59,352 bases of DNA from a virus (IMGVR_UViG_3300037276_000070:1-59352), one strand, 5' to 3'. Positions 15,897 through 25,643 are shown, numbered from the stretch's first letter. Translations and numbers: made by a program. Notes: generated by a model not told the origin, from the sequence alone.

Positions 15897-16275
15897 TGTA
15901 CTTAGTAGACTGAAGAAGAAGGAGCTAGCTAGGCTAACTACTGCCGACTGGTTGGACCTAATTCAGGAAGCTGAGTCCCTTCACTTTCAGAAGAGTCAAG
16001 CGCATAGGACAGATGATGAGTGGTGCGCTACTGGTGTTCGTTTGGAATATGCAGATGGTAATGTCTGCGAAATGGACCTAACTCGCATAGGCTGGAAGGC
16101 GGGCACTAGGTGGCCTATGTCCTTTAGGTTACCATGCATGAAAACCCTAGGAAGCTATGGTATTGCAGTAGCCTCCTCAACACCAGATATGTCTTCAGTT
16201 AATTATCGCGAGTTTGCATTCATTTATCAAAGAGAGTGGAATGGACAACTTGTTTACCAAGAGGTGAGTACATGA
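15889..16275 (+). CDS. Hypothetical protein
   Basis: 128 aa, GGAGG RBS, AT-richer. Confidence 0.7.
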   Translation: MSNVLSRLKKKELARLTTADWLDLIQEAESLHFQKSQAHRTDDEWCATGVRLEYADGNVCEMDLTRIGWKAGTRWPMSFRLPCMKTLGSYGIAVASSTPDMSSVNYREFAFIYQREWNGQLVYQEVST

Positions 16276-16736
16276 ATAACGGACGCATGTTCCACTTCGG
16301 TGCCCAGCTCTCCAAGGGTCGGCAGGGTGAGGAGCTACTCCTGGCGCACTGGCCCTGCAAGGTGTGGCGTCATGAGGAGCTGAAGGGGCCAGACTTTATA
16401 GACGCCCAGGACCGAGTCATCGAGCTGAAGACCGACTCCTATTCGCTGGATGCCACCCCCAACTTCTTCATCGAGCGCTGGTCCAGTGTTGAAGACAAGA
16501 AGCCGGGTGGACCCTGGCAGGCCGCCGCTAAGGGCTGCAACTGCTTTGTCTACCTGTACGCCTCCGACCGGCGCTGGTTTGTGTTCGAGTCCTTGCCGCA
16601 TCTGCTCGCCGAGCTGAATGCCTTGACTCCTGACCTGCAACCTGTTAGCATACGGAACAGAGGCTGGACGACACAAGGGTATAAGATACCCAGAGCCAAG
16701 CTGGCCCATATATATCGCGAGGAGCGACTACCCTAA
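16272..16736 (+). CDS. PD-(D/E)XK nuclease-like protein
   Basis: G..GE, GPDF, IELKTD and NFFIE motifs. Confidence 0.78.
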   Translation: MNNGRMFHFGAQLSKGRQGEELLLAHWPCKVWRHEELKGPDFIDAQDRVIELKTDSYSLDATPNFFIERWSSVEDKKPGGPWQAAAKGCNCFVYLYASDRRWFVFESLPHLLAELNALTPDLQPVSIRNRGWTTQGYKIPRAKLAHIYREERLP

Positions 16737-16758
16737 CACCCCGTGAGGAGAGGTTACC

Positions 16759-17046
16759 GTGAGTTCATTCATGGAATACAACAAAGTGGACTACCTGCAC
16801 GACATGTATGAAGCTGTCAACGAGATGACCATTCGCCTCTATAAGGCCTTCGGCTCTGGAGCTGGCCCTGTGGAACTGTCGGTCTCCCCTCAGCTCTATC
16901 GGTTCCTGAAGGATGAACTGGTCCAGAAACAGATGCGCTTCTATTCTAAGGACTTCCCCCTTTCCAGGGAGCCGCAGATTATCCAAGTCCAGACCTGCTG
17001 TGGCCATGTCCTCATCAAAGAACTGAAAGAGGAATCATGTACATAA
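16759..17046 (+). CDS. Hypothetical protein, weakly similar to the capsid C-terminal (A-domain) region
   Basis: GAGGAGAGG RBS; pattern similarity to own MCP segment NAVGEG...RRFMS...IEIK. Confidence 0.6.
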   Translation: MSSFMEYNKVDYLHDMYEAVNEMTIRLYKAFGSGAGPVELSVSPQLYRFLKDELVQKQMRFYSKDFPLSREPQIIQVQTCCGHVLIKELKEESCT

Positions 17047-17354
17047 CAATTGACGCCAAGTGCCCAAAGTGTGATGCAGTTGGTGACCTGCTCCTCTTAG
17101 TGCCAACTGACCGACTACCCCCCTCCATGGGTGATGTGGTCCCACACTCGCTCTGTCAGAATTGCCAAGTTCCAGTGATTCGCATCCCTTCCGCCCCCAA
17201 CAAGACCAAGGCCTCGTTCGTGGACGGCACCAAGCGGTTCAGTAAGCTGAGGGAAGAGGCGGCCCTGGACAACGTCCTGTCAGAGACACAAGTAACCGGC
17301 GACAGAGTTAAGATAGCCCACGAGAAACTCAAGCTGTCTGAAAAGAAGACTTAG
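17037..17354 (+). CDS. Zinc-ribbon protein
   Basis: CPKC and CQNC motifs. Confidence 0.7.
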   Translation: MYITIDAKCPKCDAVGDLLLLVPTDRLPPSMGDVVPHSLCQNCQVPVIRIPSAPNKTKASFVDGTKRFSKLREEAALDNVLSETQVTGDRVKIAHEKLKLSEKKT

Positions 17355-17376
17355 AACTACCTAGTAGGAGTTATGT

Positions 17377-17793
17377 ATGAGCACATTCGTATCCTGTGGC
17401 AAGCCGTCCCGCATCGGCTCCTATGTCGGCCCGACCTGGCTCAATGGCTGCTTCGTCAAAGTACTGCCACGGCTCATGGGCTTTGAGGTCCGACCCACGG
17501 CTCTCGGCCCTGACTCCACCGAGGTCGAGGTCATTTCAGGGAAAGACATGGGACAGCGCTCAATTGAGGTAGCTGCTAATCAACGGGTCAGTCTCACCCT
17601 GGCCACCATCTCGCCCAAGAAGTACCAATGCCTCTGGACCGTGAACCCGGAACTGCACCTGCTCGGCCAAGTCCAGTTTCCCACAGTCACTGAGCCGCAT
17701 GAGCAGCTCACCCTACGCCTGGTCATCCAGGCCAACAAGAGCTTCCGCATTTCGGACTTGACTTGGCTCGTTCGTGGATATATAGTCGAGTAG
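17377..17793 (+). CDS. Hypothetical beta-rich protein (possibly a degenerate dUTPase/dCTP-deaminase fold)
   Basis: AGGAG RBS. The fold is a guess; catalytic motifs are not seen. Confidence 0.6.
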   Translation: MSTFVSCGKPSRIGSYVGPTWLNGCFVKVLPRLMGFEVRPTALGPDSTEVEVISGKDMGQRSIEVAANQRVSLTLATISPKKYQCLWTVNPELHLLGQVQFPTVTEPHEQLTLRLVIQANKSFRISDLTWLVRGYIVE

Positions 17794-17839
17794 CTGCTGC
17801 CCTCGCCTGCAGCCGCCACCAACTCACCTAAGGAGTCCT

Positions 17840-18094
17840 ATGTTTACAGCTACCCAACTTGAGCAGGCCGTTCAGACCTGCCTCCAGACCATCGCTCAGA
17901 AGCAGGCAGACGCACAGAATCAGGTTGCCCACTACAAAGGGGCAGCTGATGGTGTGACCTTCCTAGCACAGGCCCTGACCCAGTCGGCCTCAACCCCAAG
18001 CACGGAGGCGGCAACCGATGGCACAGCCACCACGCCTGCGCCCGGTGACCCAGCTGCAGCCGCAGCGACCCCGAGCCAGCCCTCTGCCCCCTGA
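17840..18094 (+). CDS. Small coiled-coil protein
   Basis: AAGGAG RBS; Q/A-rich helix with a P/A/T tail. Confidence 0.7.
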   Translation: MFTATQLEQAVQTCLQTIAQKQADAQNQVAHYKGAADGVTFLAQALTQSASTPSTEAATDGTATTPAPGDPAAAAATPSQPSAP

Positions 18095-18236
18095 TGCCTT
18101 AGATGTGCAGGCCACCCTGTCCATCCTGATTGACCGTCTCAACGCACAAGCGGAGACAATCGAGGAGCTCAGGGCGAAGGTTGCAAAGGCAGATACTCGG
18201 ATTCTGGAGCTTATCCAGGCACTCCTGGGCAAATAG
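18018..18236 (+). CDS. Small coiled-coil protein (start uncertain)
   Basis: Heptad-like C-terminal half; last gene before the terminator. Confidence 0.5.
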   Translation: MAQPPRLRPVTQLQPQRPRASPLPPDALDVQATLSILIDRLNAQAETIEELRAKVAKADTRILELIQALLGK

Positions 18237-18239
18237 CAG

Positions 18240-18458
18240 TCACAGACCTCTGGTACCGCCCTTCGGCATCAGGGGGCTTTTCTTTGGTGCCGAAGGCGTG
18301 GCTGACCTCTCATCTTCCGACGTGAGTCCTTCCTCCTCGTCCGGCTTGATGAGTCCCTGCAACTCGTCCTCTGCGCTCAGGGGCCTTGGTGCAGAGCCTC
18401 GGAGTCGGTGAAGCAACCGCTTGACCCCTAGAGCCCTCCTCTCAGTATCTAGAGCCAT
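18240..18458 (-). CDS. Small disordered protein
   Basis: GGAGG RBS; last gene of the - arm. Confidence 0.6.
   Translation of the reverse strand: MALDTERRALGVKRLLHRLRGSAPRPLSAEDELQGLIKPDEEEGLTSEDERSATPSAPKKSPLMPKGGTRGL
18258..18285 (+). terminator. Rho-independent terminator ending the + arm
   Basis: GCCCTT/GGGGGC stem followed by TTTTCTTT where the two arms converge. Confidence 0.65.
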
Positions 18459-18642
18459 TTGTCCCTCCTGTCGGAGCCGGCGGCCCCTTTGCCCTTATCT
18501 TCTGTAAGTACCCTTTAGCCACTGGGGAGCCCACCAGGCCCTCTGGCGTCTGGTCGAGCGCCTCAGGCTCATCCATTCCGTCCGGCTTCTGCGCCTCCCC
18601 TGATGGCTGTGTCTGCTGCAGCCCTGACCGCACCGGCCTCAC
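18442..18642 (-). CDS. Small disordered protein
   Basis: Coupled ORF containing the LQKIRAKGPP motif. Confidence 0.5.
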   Translation of the reverse strand: MRPVRSGLQQTQPSGEAQKPDGMDEPEALDQTPEGLVGSPVAKGYLQKIRAKGPPAPTGGTNGSRY

Positions 18643-19166
18643 CGGCCAAACTCATAACGCATGCCTAGTCCCCATGAATGGGTGGGAGGAAGGTAGTGCA
18701 CCTCAACCCAGACAGGGAACTCGTCCATTCTGTGCGCGATTGACCAGTCAGTCGGGTTGTCCTGCTTGGTCCACTCGGCTCCGACGCTCCACTGAGCATC
18801 AGGCTGAGCAACCGGAATGACCTCCTTCAATTGGGTGTTAGTGGTCTCCTTGGTACTCGTCTGCTTGGTCTCATCAGTAGTCTTGGTGTCTGTGTCGGCC
18901 TTGTGTTCTGTCAGCTGCTCCGTCACCTTAGTACCGTCCGGCTTGACAGTCGTTACGACCTCTTGTATTGTGTCTGTCGACTTGTCCACCTGAGTCGCCT
19001 TAACCCGGTCCAGCTCAGCACTTAACCGAACTTGTTCCGTCTTGGATTCCAGGAGAGCCTGCTGGGTGCTGTGAAGGCGATAGCCCACCAGGACCAGAGC
19101 CAGTGCCACCAGGGCCTGGAGACATAGGCGCCAGTGCGCTCGAAGGAAGCTGAGTACTAATAGCAT
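18639..19166 (-). CDS. Spanin-like protein: N-terminal TM, coiled coil, C-terminal beta-strands
   Basis: TM LVALALVLVGY, T/K/E-rich linker, ends WGLGMRYEFGR; lies next to the holin candidate. Confidence 0.6.
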   Translation of the reverse strand: MLLVLSFLRAHWRLCLQALVALALVLVGYRLHSTQQALLESKTEQVRLSAELDRVKATQVDKSTDTIQEVVTTVKPDGTKVTEQLTEHKADTDTKTTDETKQTSTKETTNTQLKEVIPVAQPDAQWSVGAEWTKQDNPTDWSIAHRMDEFPVWVEVHYLPPTHSWGLGMRYEFGR

Positions 19167-19338
19167 TACTAAACCTACCTTGCAGCGCCTGCTGGGCTGC
19201 ATTGGAGCCGGCAATGGCAATGACAATCATCACCATGGAGCCGGCAGTCTGTTCATCTTTCATTGCATCCAGTATAAACAAGAGAATGAGGGCTGTCAAG
19301 CCGATAAAGGTGCGACGGCAGTCCCATACATGTTTCAC
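19015..19338 (-). CDS. Holin candidate (2 TM)
   Basis: RRTFIGLTALILLFIL and MVMIVIAIAGSN segments; AAGGAG RBS. Confidence 0.6.
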   Translation of the reverse strand: MKHVWDCRRTFIGLTALILLFILDAMKDEQTAGSMVMIVIAIAGSNAAQQALQGRFSNAISTQLPSSALAPMSPGPGGTGSGPGGLSPSQHPAGSPGIQDGTSSVKC

Positions 19339-22300
19339 GGCTTGTCTCCTTGACGTGCCTGGGTGGCTGCATCATAGACGCTCTTGGCCAAGCCAGCGCC
19401 CTGCTTGAGCTCCTTAACGGCCCGCTCTGGGTACGTCTGGCCGGCATGGTCAGGCTTCCGGCCCGCGAGGCCTGGCAGCGTCTCGTCCAGGAACCGGACC
19501 ATCCCCATGCCAGGGACCAGGTTACCGGCATCTTGGTCAAGCGACTTCACCCACTTCGTCTTGTCAGCTCCGGCCTTGAGCAAGTTCTTGAACATGGCAT
19601 AATACGGGTTCTCTTCTGGGGAGCCTATCTTGAGGATATCGGCACCAGGGGCTGCACCAGCGAAGCCACCAGCTCCAGTCACCGTCTTGAGTGTCTGCTT
19701 AGCCTGGTCGCTCTGCATATTGCCCTGCAGCGCCCGGTCGAGGACCATAAGGGCGGCGATGGGGGCTAGCACCTTGCGTACCGTGGATGCTGTCCCACCA
19801 ACTGCTCCCTGCCTCAAGTAGTCTCGGACCACGTCGGTAGCGGTAGCCGTGGACCAGGTGGAGAAGGCGGTAACAACCTTGCCCATATAGTGGCCCGCCT
19901 GGCTCATCTCCTCAGGCGCATACATGTGCAAAGTCTTATGGACAGTATAGTCCTGCATCCACTTGATGAGGCCTGGCAGGTCGCCTGTGGCCCTGGCACG
20001 GGCAATCTGGAGCTTCATATCCCCGCCGACGGCTTCAGCCAAACGGGCAGCATTTGCCCCGCCGTTGAAGGCTTCACGTGCTACAGTCTCACCAGCATGC
20101 ATGGCAATGAGCCGACTGCTGGCCTCGGCCCACTGCAGCGGGGCCATCATCATGTTCGAGTACTTCTCAATGAAGGAACGGGCTGCCCTGTTCGCGCTGC
20201 CTCGAACCACGTTGGACATGTAGCTATCTGTAGCCTCACTGGTGAAGTGCCGACCCAGGTAGCCTCTATCATGCATAATCTGCATCAAATCACTGGTCTT
20301 CCCTGTTATGTCCTTCCAGCCCCCACTAATAGTGCTAAGGGACTTCTGAAGTGCATCGGCTTGGACTGCAATTGCCCAATCTGTGCCGCCTTGACTCAAG
20401 TGTGGGAGGGTACTTGTCACGCTGGCTCCGGCGGCCTTGTATATCGAGGACGGCCGCCAGCCTAGCAAGTTGGAGTAGAGTGCCCCAGTGGCCACCTGAA
20501 TGAGGTCCAGATTCTGCGCTACGGACTGGAGTGTTCCAGCCTTCTCCAAGTTGCCAGCCGCTTTAGCATTCTCGGAGGCGGTCATCAGAGCACCGGTCGC
20601 CTTAGCCATCGCCTTGGGAATCCAGGAACTTGGTCCTCGCCCTTGCCCGTTCACGACCCGCTTGAGGAAGGTTTCTGCATAGGTCGCGGCTGCAATGTCA
20701 CCTACGGCACGCAACTTAGCTACCTCGGCATTCATGTTGGCAATGGCCGGGGCTAGGTGAATCTGCTGTTGTATCTGACGCATCCAACTGGGGTACATGC
20801 GGTTCGGGTCGGTCTCGCGTAGGAAGTCAGGTACACTAGCCTCATGCTCCATGGAACGGGACAGCATAACTCCGGCCGGACCCTTGACCGTGTTCTGCGA
20901 CAGTAGGGACTGGACGCCACCAATCTCCTGTCCTTGGACAAGTAGCCTCTGGAAAGTGTCAGGGTCTGTCACCCCTTCCTCCGCTTTCGAGAGCCAGGAG
21001 AGGCCGCCCTTGAGCCTGTTCCAGTGTGCAGCTTCCTCACCCTCCAGGCCTTCCAGATGCTCCCAGAGTTCTGGCGTGACACGCTGGCCCTTTATCTGTA
21101 GGCCGGTGGCTTGTTCTAAGGAGGCGAGAGTTGAACGGACACGGGCCGCAATGCTGACTGAGTCTACTGCCATTCTGGGGAAGTAGACCTGAGAGCCTGC
21201 TTTCGGGATGAGTTCCTCACCGAACTGGGCATTGGCCTTCTCACGGGCAGTATCGAACAGGACATCCCACTGCTTAACCAGCTGCATGGACTTGGAGTCC
21301 AGGCCACCAGTTCCGCCCTTCTCCAGGTTCTGCAACGTATCCACTGACATACTGGACAGGCCGGCCTTCTGCGTGTCAATCATGTGGTCGCGAATTGTGC
21401 TGATGGCGTTAGCTACTTGGGTCCTGGCCCGTGTGCTACCCATGCTAATCTCACGATGGGCAGTCTGAATCAGGCTACCAGGATTGCGGTCTGAAAAGAT
21501 ACCGAACATGCCGCTAGTCCTGGCCATGGCCTGGGGCAGCATGAAGCCTTCACTCACGTTGATAAGGTTGTTTCTGCGCAGGTAGTCCACGGCGGCGGAC
21601 TGGACAGCCTTGACATCCTTGAATAGGGAGTACTGTCGGAGTATCTCAGACTCTGGCATCTTCTGGCCCTGCAGGAACTCGTGGGCCTCCTCGATACTGA
21701 GCGCCTTCGGCTCCTTGGTCATCTGACTGAAGCCGGCAGGGTCCTTGAGATAGGAAGCGAACTCGACCGTGTCGTCGGCAGAGGCAGCCTTGGCCACAGC
21801 CTTCGCGGCATCCTGCGGCTTCTCGGCTAGAGAGGGCAGTTCGGCGGCAAGCTCGCCAGTCTGTGCGGCCTTGGTCACTTCGGCAGTGACTGCAGCCGAG
21901 GGAGCAGCCTCAACAGGAGCTGAGCGTCCGAGGATGGCCTTGATGCGAGTCTGGCCCTCTTTGACGGCCGACTGTGCCTCCTCGCTGGTCAGATGCTTCA
22001 TCACCCATTCCTGGATTTGAGGCAGCTCACGTGTTGAGGAGGAGACCATCTTGGCTCCAAGTTCGGCGGCAGCTCCCGTATTCCTGGTAAGGACGGTAGC
22101 AGTTATGGCAGCGACCACGGAGCCTGCTGCTGCCCCTAACAGGGTTCCACTACCTCCCTCTCCCTTTTTGGAAACGGCATAGCCCCCGGCAGCAGCTCCT
22201 CCTACCAGGGCAGCTGACAGCGCCGGAGTCTTCGCAGCCTGATGCAGGATGACTGCGCCAGCGGCACCAAACCCGGCATACTCTAACATACGAATTGCCG

Positions 22301-23006
22301 TAGTACCAGCTGAATCCTCTGCCTTAGCCGAGGACCAGGCCTGTGAGGCCCCGATGGCCCCGCCCATAGCAGCCTGTCCGGCCACTCCGACCTTACTGAT
22401 AGGTAGGAGGAGACCAGCTGCCAGCTCTTGAGCAGTCTTGATGTGCTCACGGCCGGCACTACGTCGGTCATCTGCAGTCATCTTCAGGTCGTCGAGAGCT
22501 GCACGTGTCTCGGGGGTCCAGTGGTCTAGGACCCGGTTCACGATGCCTTGCGGCACTCCAGCCAGGAGGCCTTCGCTGAAGCGGCCCGCATTCGATGCGA
22601 AACCGGAGGCCATGTCTGAGCCGACTGCCGCTGCACCGCCCGGACCTGCCGACTGGTCTGAGGTTCTGGTAGCAGTCATGAATGGGGAGAGGAGGTGCGT
22701 TAGGGTGCTATTGGCTCCATGGTGCTGAGCAGCTTCCTCAACCTCCTCAGGCAGGAGGACATCCTGTTCGCCCAGGTCCTTCTCGAATGGGGTCAGTGTC
22801 CGTTGAGCGGGGGCAGCAGCGGCAGCAGGCTTTGACAAATCGGCATAGGGGGAAGTGGGTGCATTCGGCTCAGCCAGGTCAGCGTGCGGATTAGCGGCAG
22901 CCGCAGGAGCCGGTTGGGCCAAGTCTGCATACGGGCTAGCAGCCCCCACAGCGGAAGGGGTCGCTAAGTCAGCGTACTGAGACTGTTGGGATTGAGGGTC
23001 TGCCAC
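19335..23006 (-). CDS. Large internal virion / DNA ejection protein
   Basis: 1223 aa, Ala/Gly-rich and helical with hydrophobic glycine-zipper segments and N-terminal YADL repeats; terminal position in the podovirus late operon. Confidence 0.7.
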   Translation of the reverse strand: MADPQSQQSQYADLATPSAVGAASPYADLAQPAPAAAANPHADLAEPNAPTSPYADLSKPAAAAAPAQRTLTPFEKDLGEQDVLLPEEVEEAAQHHGANSTLTHLLSPFMTATRTSDQSAGPGGAAAVGSDMASGFASNAGRFSEGLLAGVPQGIVNRVLDHWTPETRAALDDLKMTADDRRSAGREHIKTAQELAAGLLLPISKVGVAGQAAMGGAIGASQAWSSAKAEDSAGTTAIRMLEYAGFGAAGAVILHQAAKTPALSAALVGGAAAGGYAVSKKGEGGSGTLLGAAAGSVVAAITATVLTRNTGAAAELGAKMVSSSTRELPQIQEWVMKHLTSEEAQSAVKEGQTRIKAILGRSAPVEAAPSAAVTAEVTKAAQTGELAAELPSLAEKPQDAAKAVAKAASADDTVEFASYLKDPAGFSQMTKEPKALSIEEAHEFLQGQKMPESEILRQYSLFKDVKAVQSAAVDYLRRNNLINVSEGFMLPQAMARTSGMFGIFSDRNPGSLIQTAHREISMGSTRARTQVANAISTIRDHMIDTQKAGLSSMSVDTLQNLEKGGTGGLDSKSMQLVKQWDVLFDTAREKANAQFGEELIPKAGSQVYFPRMAVDSVSIAARVRSTLASLEQATGLQIKGQRVTPELWEHLEGLEGEEAAHWNRLKGGLSWLSKAEEGVTDPDTFQRLLVQGQEIGGVQSLLSQNTVKGPAGVMLSRSMEHEASVPDFLRETDPNRMYPSWMRQIQQQIHLAPAIANMNAEVAKLRAVGDIAAATYAETFLKRVVNGQGRGPSSWIPKAMAKATGALMTASENAKAAGNLEKAGTLQSVAQNLDLIQVATGALYSNLLGWRPSSIYKAAGASVTSTLPHLSQGGTDWAIAVQADALQKSLSTISGGWKDITGKTSDLMQIMHDRGYLGRHFTSEATDSYMSNVVRGSANRAARSFIEKYSNMMMAPLQWAEASSRLIAMHAGETVAREAFNGGANAARLAEAVGGDMKLQIARARATGDLPGLIKWMQDYTVHKTLHMYAPEEMSQAGHYMGKVVTAFSTWSTATATDVVRDYLRQGAVGGTASTVRKVLAPIAALMVLDRALQGNMQSDQAKQTLKTVTGAGGFAGAAPGADILKIGSPEENPYYAMFKNLLKAGADKTKWVKSLDQDAGNLVPGMGMVRFLDETLPGLAGRKPDHAGQTYPERAVKELKQGAGLAKSVYDAATQARQGDKP

Positions 23007-23013
23007 TTAGGCC

Positions 23014-24684
23014 TCACTTGGCTGGTACTAGTCCGCGTGCTTCAGCTTCCTTCAGTTTGTCCTTGTGGACAGGAATTTGGCCTGCTGACGGATTCTTGGG
23101 GTCAGTGTAGTATACGATATCTGAGCCGCCCTGTCCAGCTCCAGCTGGTGACGAGGCTGTTGGCGCCTTAGTGGCGGCAGCCGCTTCATCCTGGGCCTTA
23201 GTCTTGTCACCGAATGCACTGGTAGCATCGGACTTGATTGATTGGAGAGTCTCTGGCTTAATGCCCTTGTCCACGAAGTAGCCGCTAGCCTTATTGATAG
23301 CCTTCTCGTCCCCGCTGGCAAGAGCTGATTGATAAGCAGCAGATGCCTTGTCATAGGCTACCTGGTCCTGCTTATTCATCTTATCATAGCCCAACTGGTT
23401 CTTCAAGCCGGCAATCCGCTCCTGAGAAGCAATCCGCTTGTCTGTGTCAGAGGACCGACCGGCAACCCGGGCTCCCCAAATGTCCTTCTGAGTGGCGGAG
23501 CGCTCGTGCTCCCGTCCCGTCTCTGCCTGCTGCGTTTCTCGCTCGCGTCCAGTCTGTTGCTCTTGCGACACCACTTCGCGACCGGCCGCCTGAGCCCCTG
23601 CTTGCCGCTCCTTCTCCAGTCCTGTAGCTTCCTCGGACTTCCGCTGAAGGTCGGACAGATTGGTGCGCAGCTGTTCCAATGCGGTCTCGTACTGCTTGGA
23701 CCAGTCAGTCTTGTCGAATTTGAGGTGGGAGGTCGTATCGAATCCGGTCCTTGCTCCCTGAATGCCTGCCCCTATCTTGGACAGTGCCTGGCCGATTACT
23801 TCGCCTACCTGTGCCACACCTACTCGGTCCCGATTGGACTGGTATTCCTTGCGGTACAGGTCAGCCAGCTCGTCCAGCTTGTTTATCTTGGAGGTGTAAA
23901 GGGACGAGTCTCCGGTCTGCTTAGCCTGCTCCCTGAGTGCATCCATGCCATTGTCCACCTTGGAGGGCGGAGGTGGTGCCTTCGGTGTCTTGGTCTTGGC
24001 CTTGGCGGCTGCGGCTTGGACAGGGGCAGTGGGAGCGGCCTCCTCCGATGGCGCAGTAGGACCTGCAGCCACTTCGGGGATAGGAGCGGGGGTAGGAGCG
24101 GGGGTAGGGGGCTTCGGAGGCCCAGAGGTGGCAGCCAGGCCTCCAGCGGTGGCAAGAGCTGCCCCACCGGCTGCCAGTTCGCCTGGATTGGCCTTAGCGC
24201 CCATCCGCACCTTGTCTGCCAAGGTCTCTGGCTTGGTCGGGGTCGGAATGGAAGCAGGTCCTCCGGTGGAGGTACCGGTGCCGGCCTCGAATGGGAGGGT
24301 GTCTGGCATGGCACCTGGCGCGGTCCCTGACTCGACAGGGGGCTCTGCGTGTGAGCCATCGTCAGCCGGCTCCTCTGGCCCCCTCTGTGTCTCTTCTGGC
24401 TTGGGCGGCGCGGTCCCTGCCTCTGCAGGTGGCTCGGCTCTGCCGCCATCCTCTGGAGGGTTGTCGGTCTCAGTGGAGGCAGTCGATTCGCGGCCAGCCT
24501 TCACCTTATCCGCTAGGGTCGCGTCTTCAGGTGCCCCGGCCTTGCTGCCGATGCCCAAGAAGTCCTTGGCCTTATCAAGGTCGCCCTTGAAGCGCTCGAT
24601 GGCCGCCTTGCCCTCAGGGGACCCAAGGAGTTCATTGGCCTCTTTAGAGCCTTCTTCTACTAGGGATTCTGGTACTTCTGACAT
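23014..24684 (-). CDS. Internal virion protein candidate (Pro/Ala/Glu-rich N-terminus, coiled coil)
   Basis: 556 aa, AGGAG RBS, synteny. Confidence 0.65.
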   Translation of the reverse strand: MSEVPESLVEEGSKEANELLGSPEGKAAIERFKGDLDKAKDFLGIGSKAGAPEDATLADKVKAGRESTASTETDNPPEDGGRAEPPAEAGTAPPKPEETQRGPEEPADDGSHAEPPVESGTAPGAMPDTLPFEAGTGTSTGGPASIPTPTKPETLADKVRMGAKANPGELAAGGAALATAGGLAATSGPPKPPTPAPTPAPIPEVAAGPTAPSEEAAPTAPVQAAAAKAKTKTPKAPPPPSKVDNGMDALREQAKQTGDSSLYTSKINKLDELADLYRKEYQSNRDRVGVAQVGEVIGQALSKIGAGIQGARTGFDTTSHLKFDKTDWSKQYETALEQLRTNLSDLQRKSEEATGLEKERQAGAQAAGREVVSQEQQTGRERETQQAETGREHERSATQKDIWGARVAGRSSDTDKRIASQERIAGLKNQLGYDKMNKQDQVAYDKASAAYQSALASGDEKAINKASGYFVDKGIKPETLQSIKSDATSAFGDKTKAQDEAAAATKAPTASSPAGAGQGGSDIVYYTDPKNPSAGQIPVHKDKLKEAEARGLVPAK

Positions 24685-24731
24685 GCTATGCTCCTGTGCT
24701 GGCTACATAGCCTGCGTATACTTCTGGCATG

Positions 24732-25640
24732 TTACTGAACTCCCTGCTGTGTCTTTATGTTGCTGATTGCGTTCTGGTCCTGCTTGCCTTCAGTCTGGCT
24801 GTAGACAAGTCCTCCGACACCGGCTCCGATGGAGGCACCCGCCATGGCACCGGCAGGGGTTCCGCCGGTAACCACCCCACCAACAACTGCACCGATGACC
24901 ATGCCAGCCCCGGAGAATATGGCTGCGTTCGAGTTGGCCCTGTTCTGGGCCGCAGTCAGCTTCTGTTGCAGGTTGTAGGCCTGCTGGGCCAGCTGTTTCT
25001 GCAGGTCCTGATTCATTGTCTGATTCCAGGAGGCTGCCCCATTCTGCATGGTGTCCTGGATAACCTTCTGAGCCTGCTGCAGCATTGCCATCCTCTTCTG
25101 TGTCTGCTCGTGCACGTTCTGCTCGTACTGGTCCAGGTCATTCTGACTCTGGGCCTTGAAGATGGCCAAGTCTGCCAGCTGCCTGTCGTTGAAGATGGTG
25201 CGCCCCATGGCGTCCGAGGCGAACTGGTTCTGCTTGTCGATGAGTTCCTGTTTGACCTGCACGTTGATGGAGGACAATGTGTCTGTGTTCTTCTGACTCT
25301 GGGCCTGTACCGACAACTTCTTCTGACTCAGAGCTTGCTGGTCGGCCATGAACTGCTCTTGCAATCCCATAGCCCCAATCTGGGTCTCTCGCGTCTGACC
25401 GGTCTGGGCAGCTGAGAGGCCAATCTCTCCGGCCTGGGCTGTCTGCTGTCCGCCCATACTTTGCAGTTGGGAGGCCGTCGGCTTGGCGCCTGCCTGAGTG
25501 GCCTGCTGCACGGCCTGCTGCAGTCCTGTGACTCGCTGCGCCTGGCCTGCCTGTGCCTGTCCAGTGATACTCTGACCCACCTGGTTGGACAGGGTGGTCA
25601 GCTGGTCGGCCCTAGTTGTGTTTGGGGTAAGGTCTGCCAT
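24732..25640 (-). CDS. Internal virion/pilot protein candidate (Gln-rich coiled coil, C-terminal glycine zipper)
   Basis: GAGMVIGAVVGG...GASIGAGVGG segment. Confidence 0.7.
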   Translation of the reverse strand: MADLTPNTTRADQLTTLSNQVGQSITGQAQAGQAQRVTGLQQAVQQATQAGAKPTASQLQSMGGQQTAQAGEIGLSAAQTGQTRETQIGAMGLQEQFMADQQALSQKKLSVQAQSQKNTDTLSSINVQVKQELIDKQNQFASDAMGRTIFNDRQLADLAIFKAQSQNDLDQYEQNVHEQTQKRMAMLQQAQKVIQDTMQNGAASWNQTMNQDLQKQLAQQAYNLQQKLTAAQNRANSNAAIFSGAGMVIGAVVGGVVTGGTPAGAMAGASIGAGVGGLVYSQTEGKQDQNAISNIKTQQGVQ

Positions 25641-25643
25641 GTG

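Noticed and set aside
23329-25415. Long + strand ORFs opposite the ejection genes
   Set aside because: They are antisense shadows of GC-rich, low-complexity genes and show no motifs.
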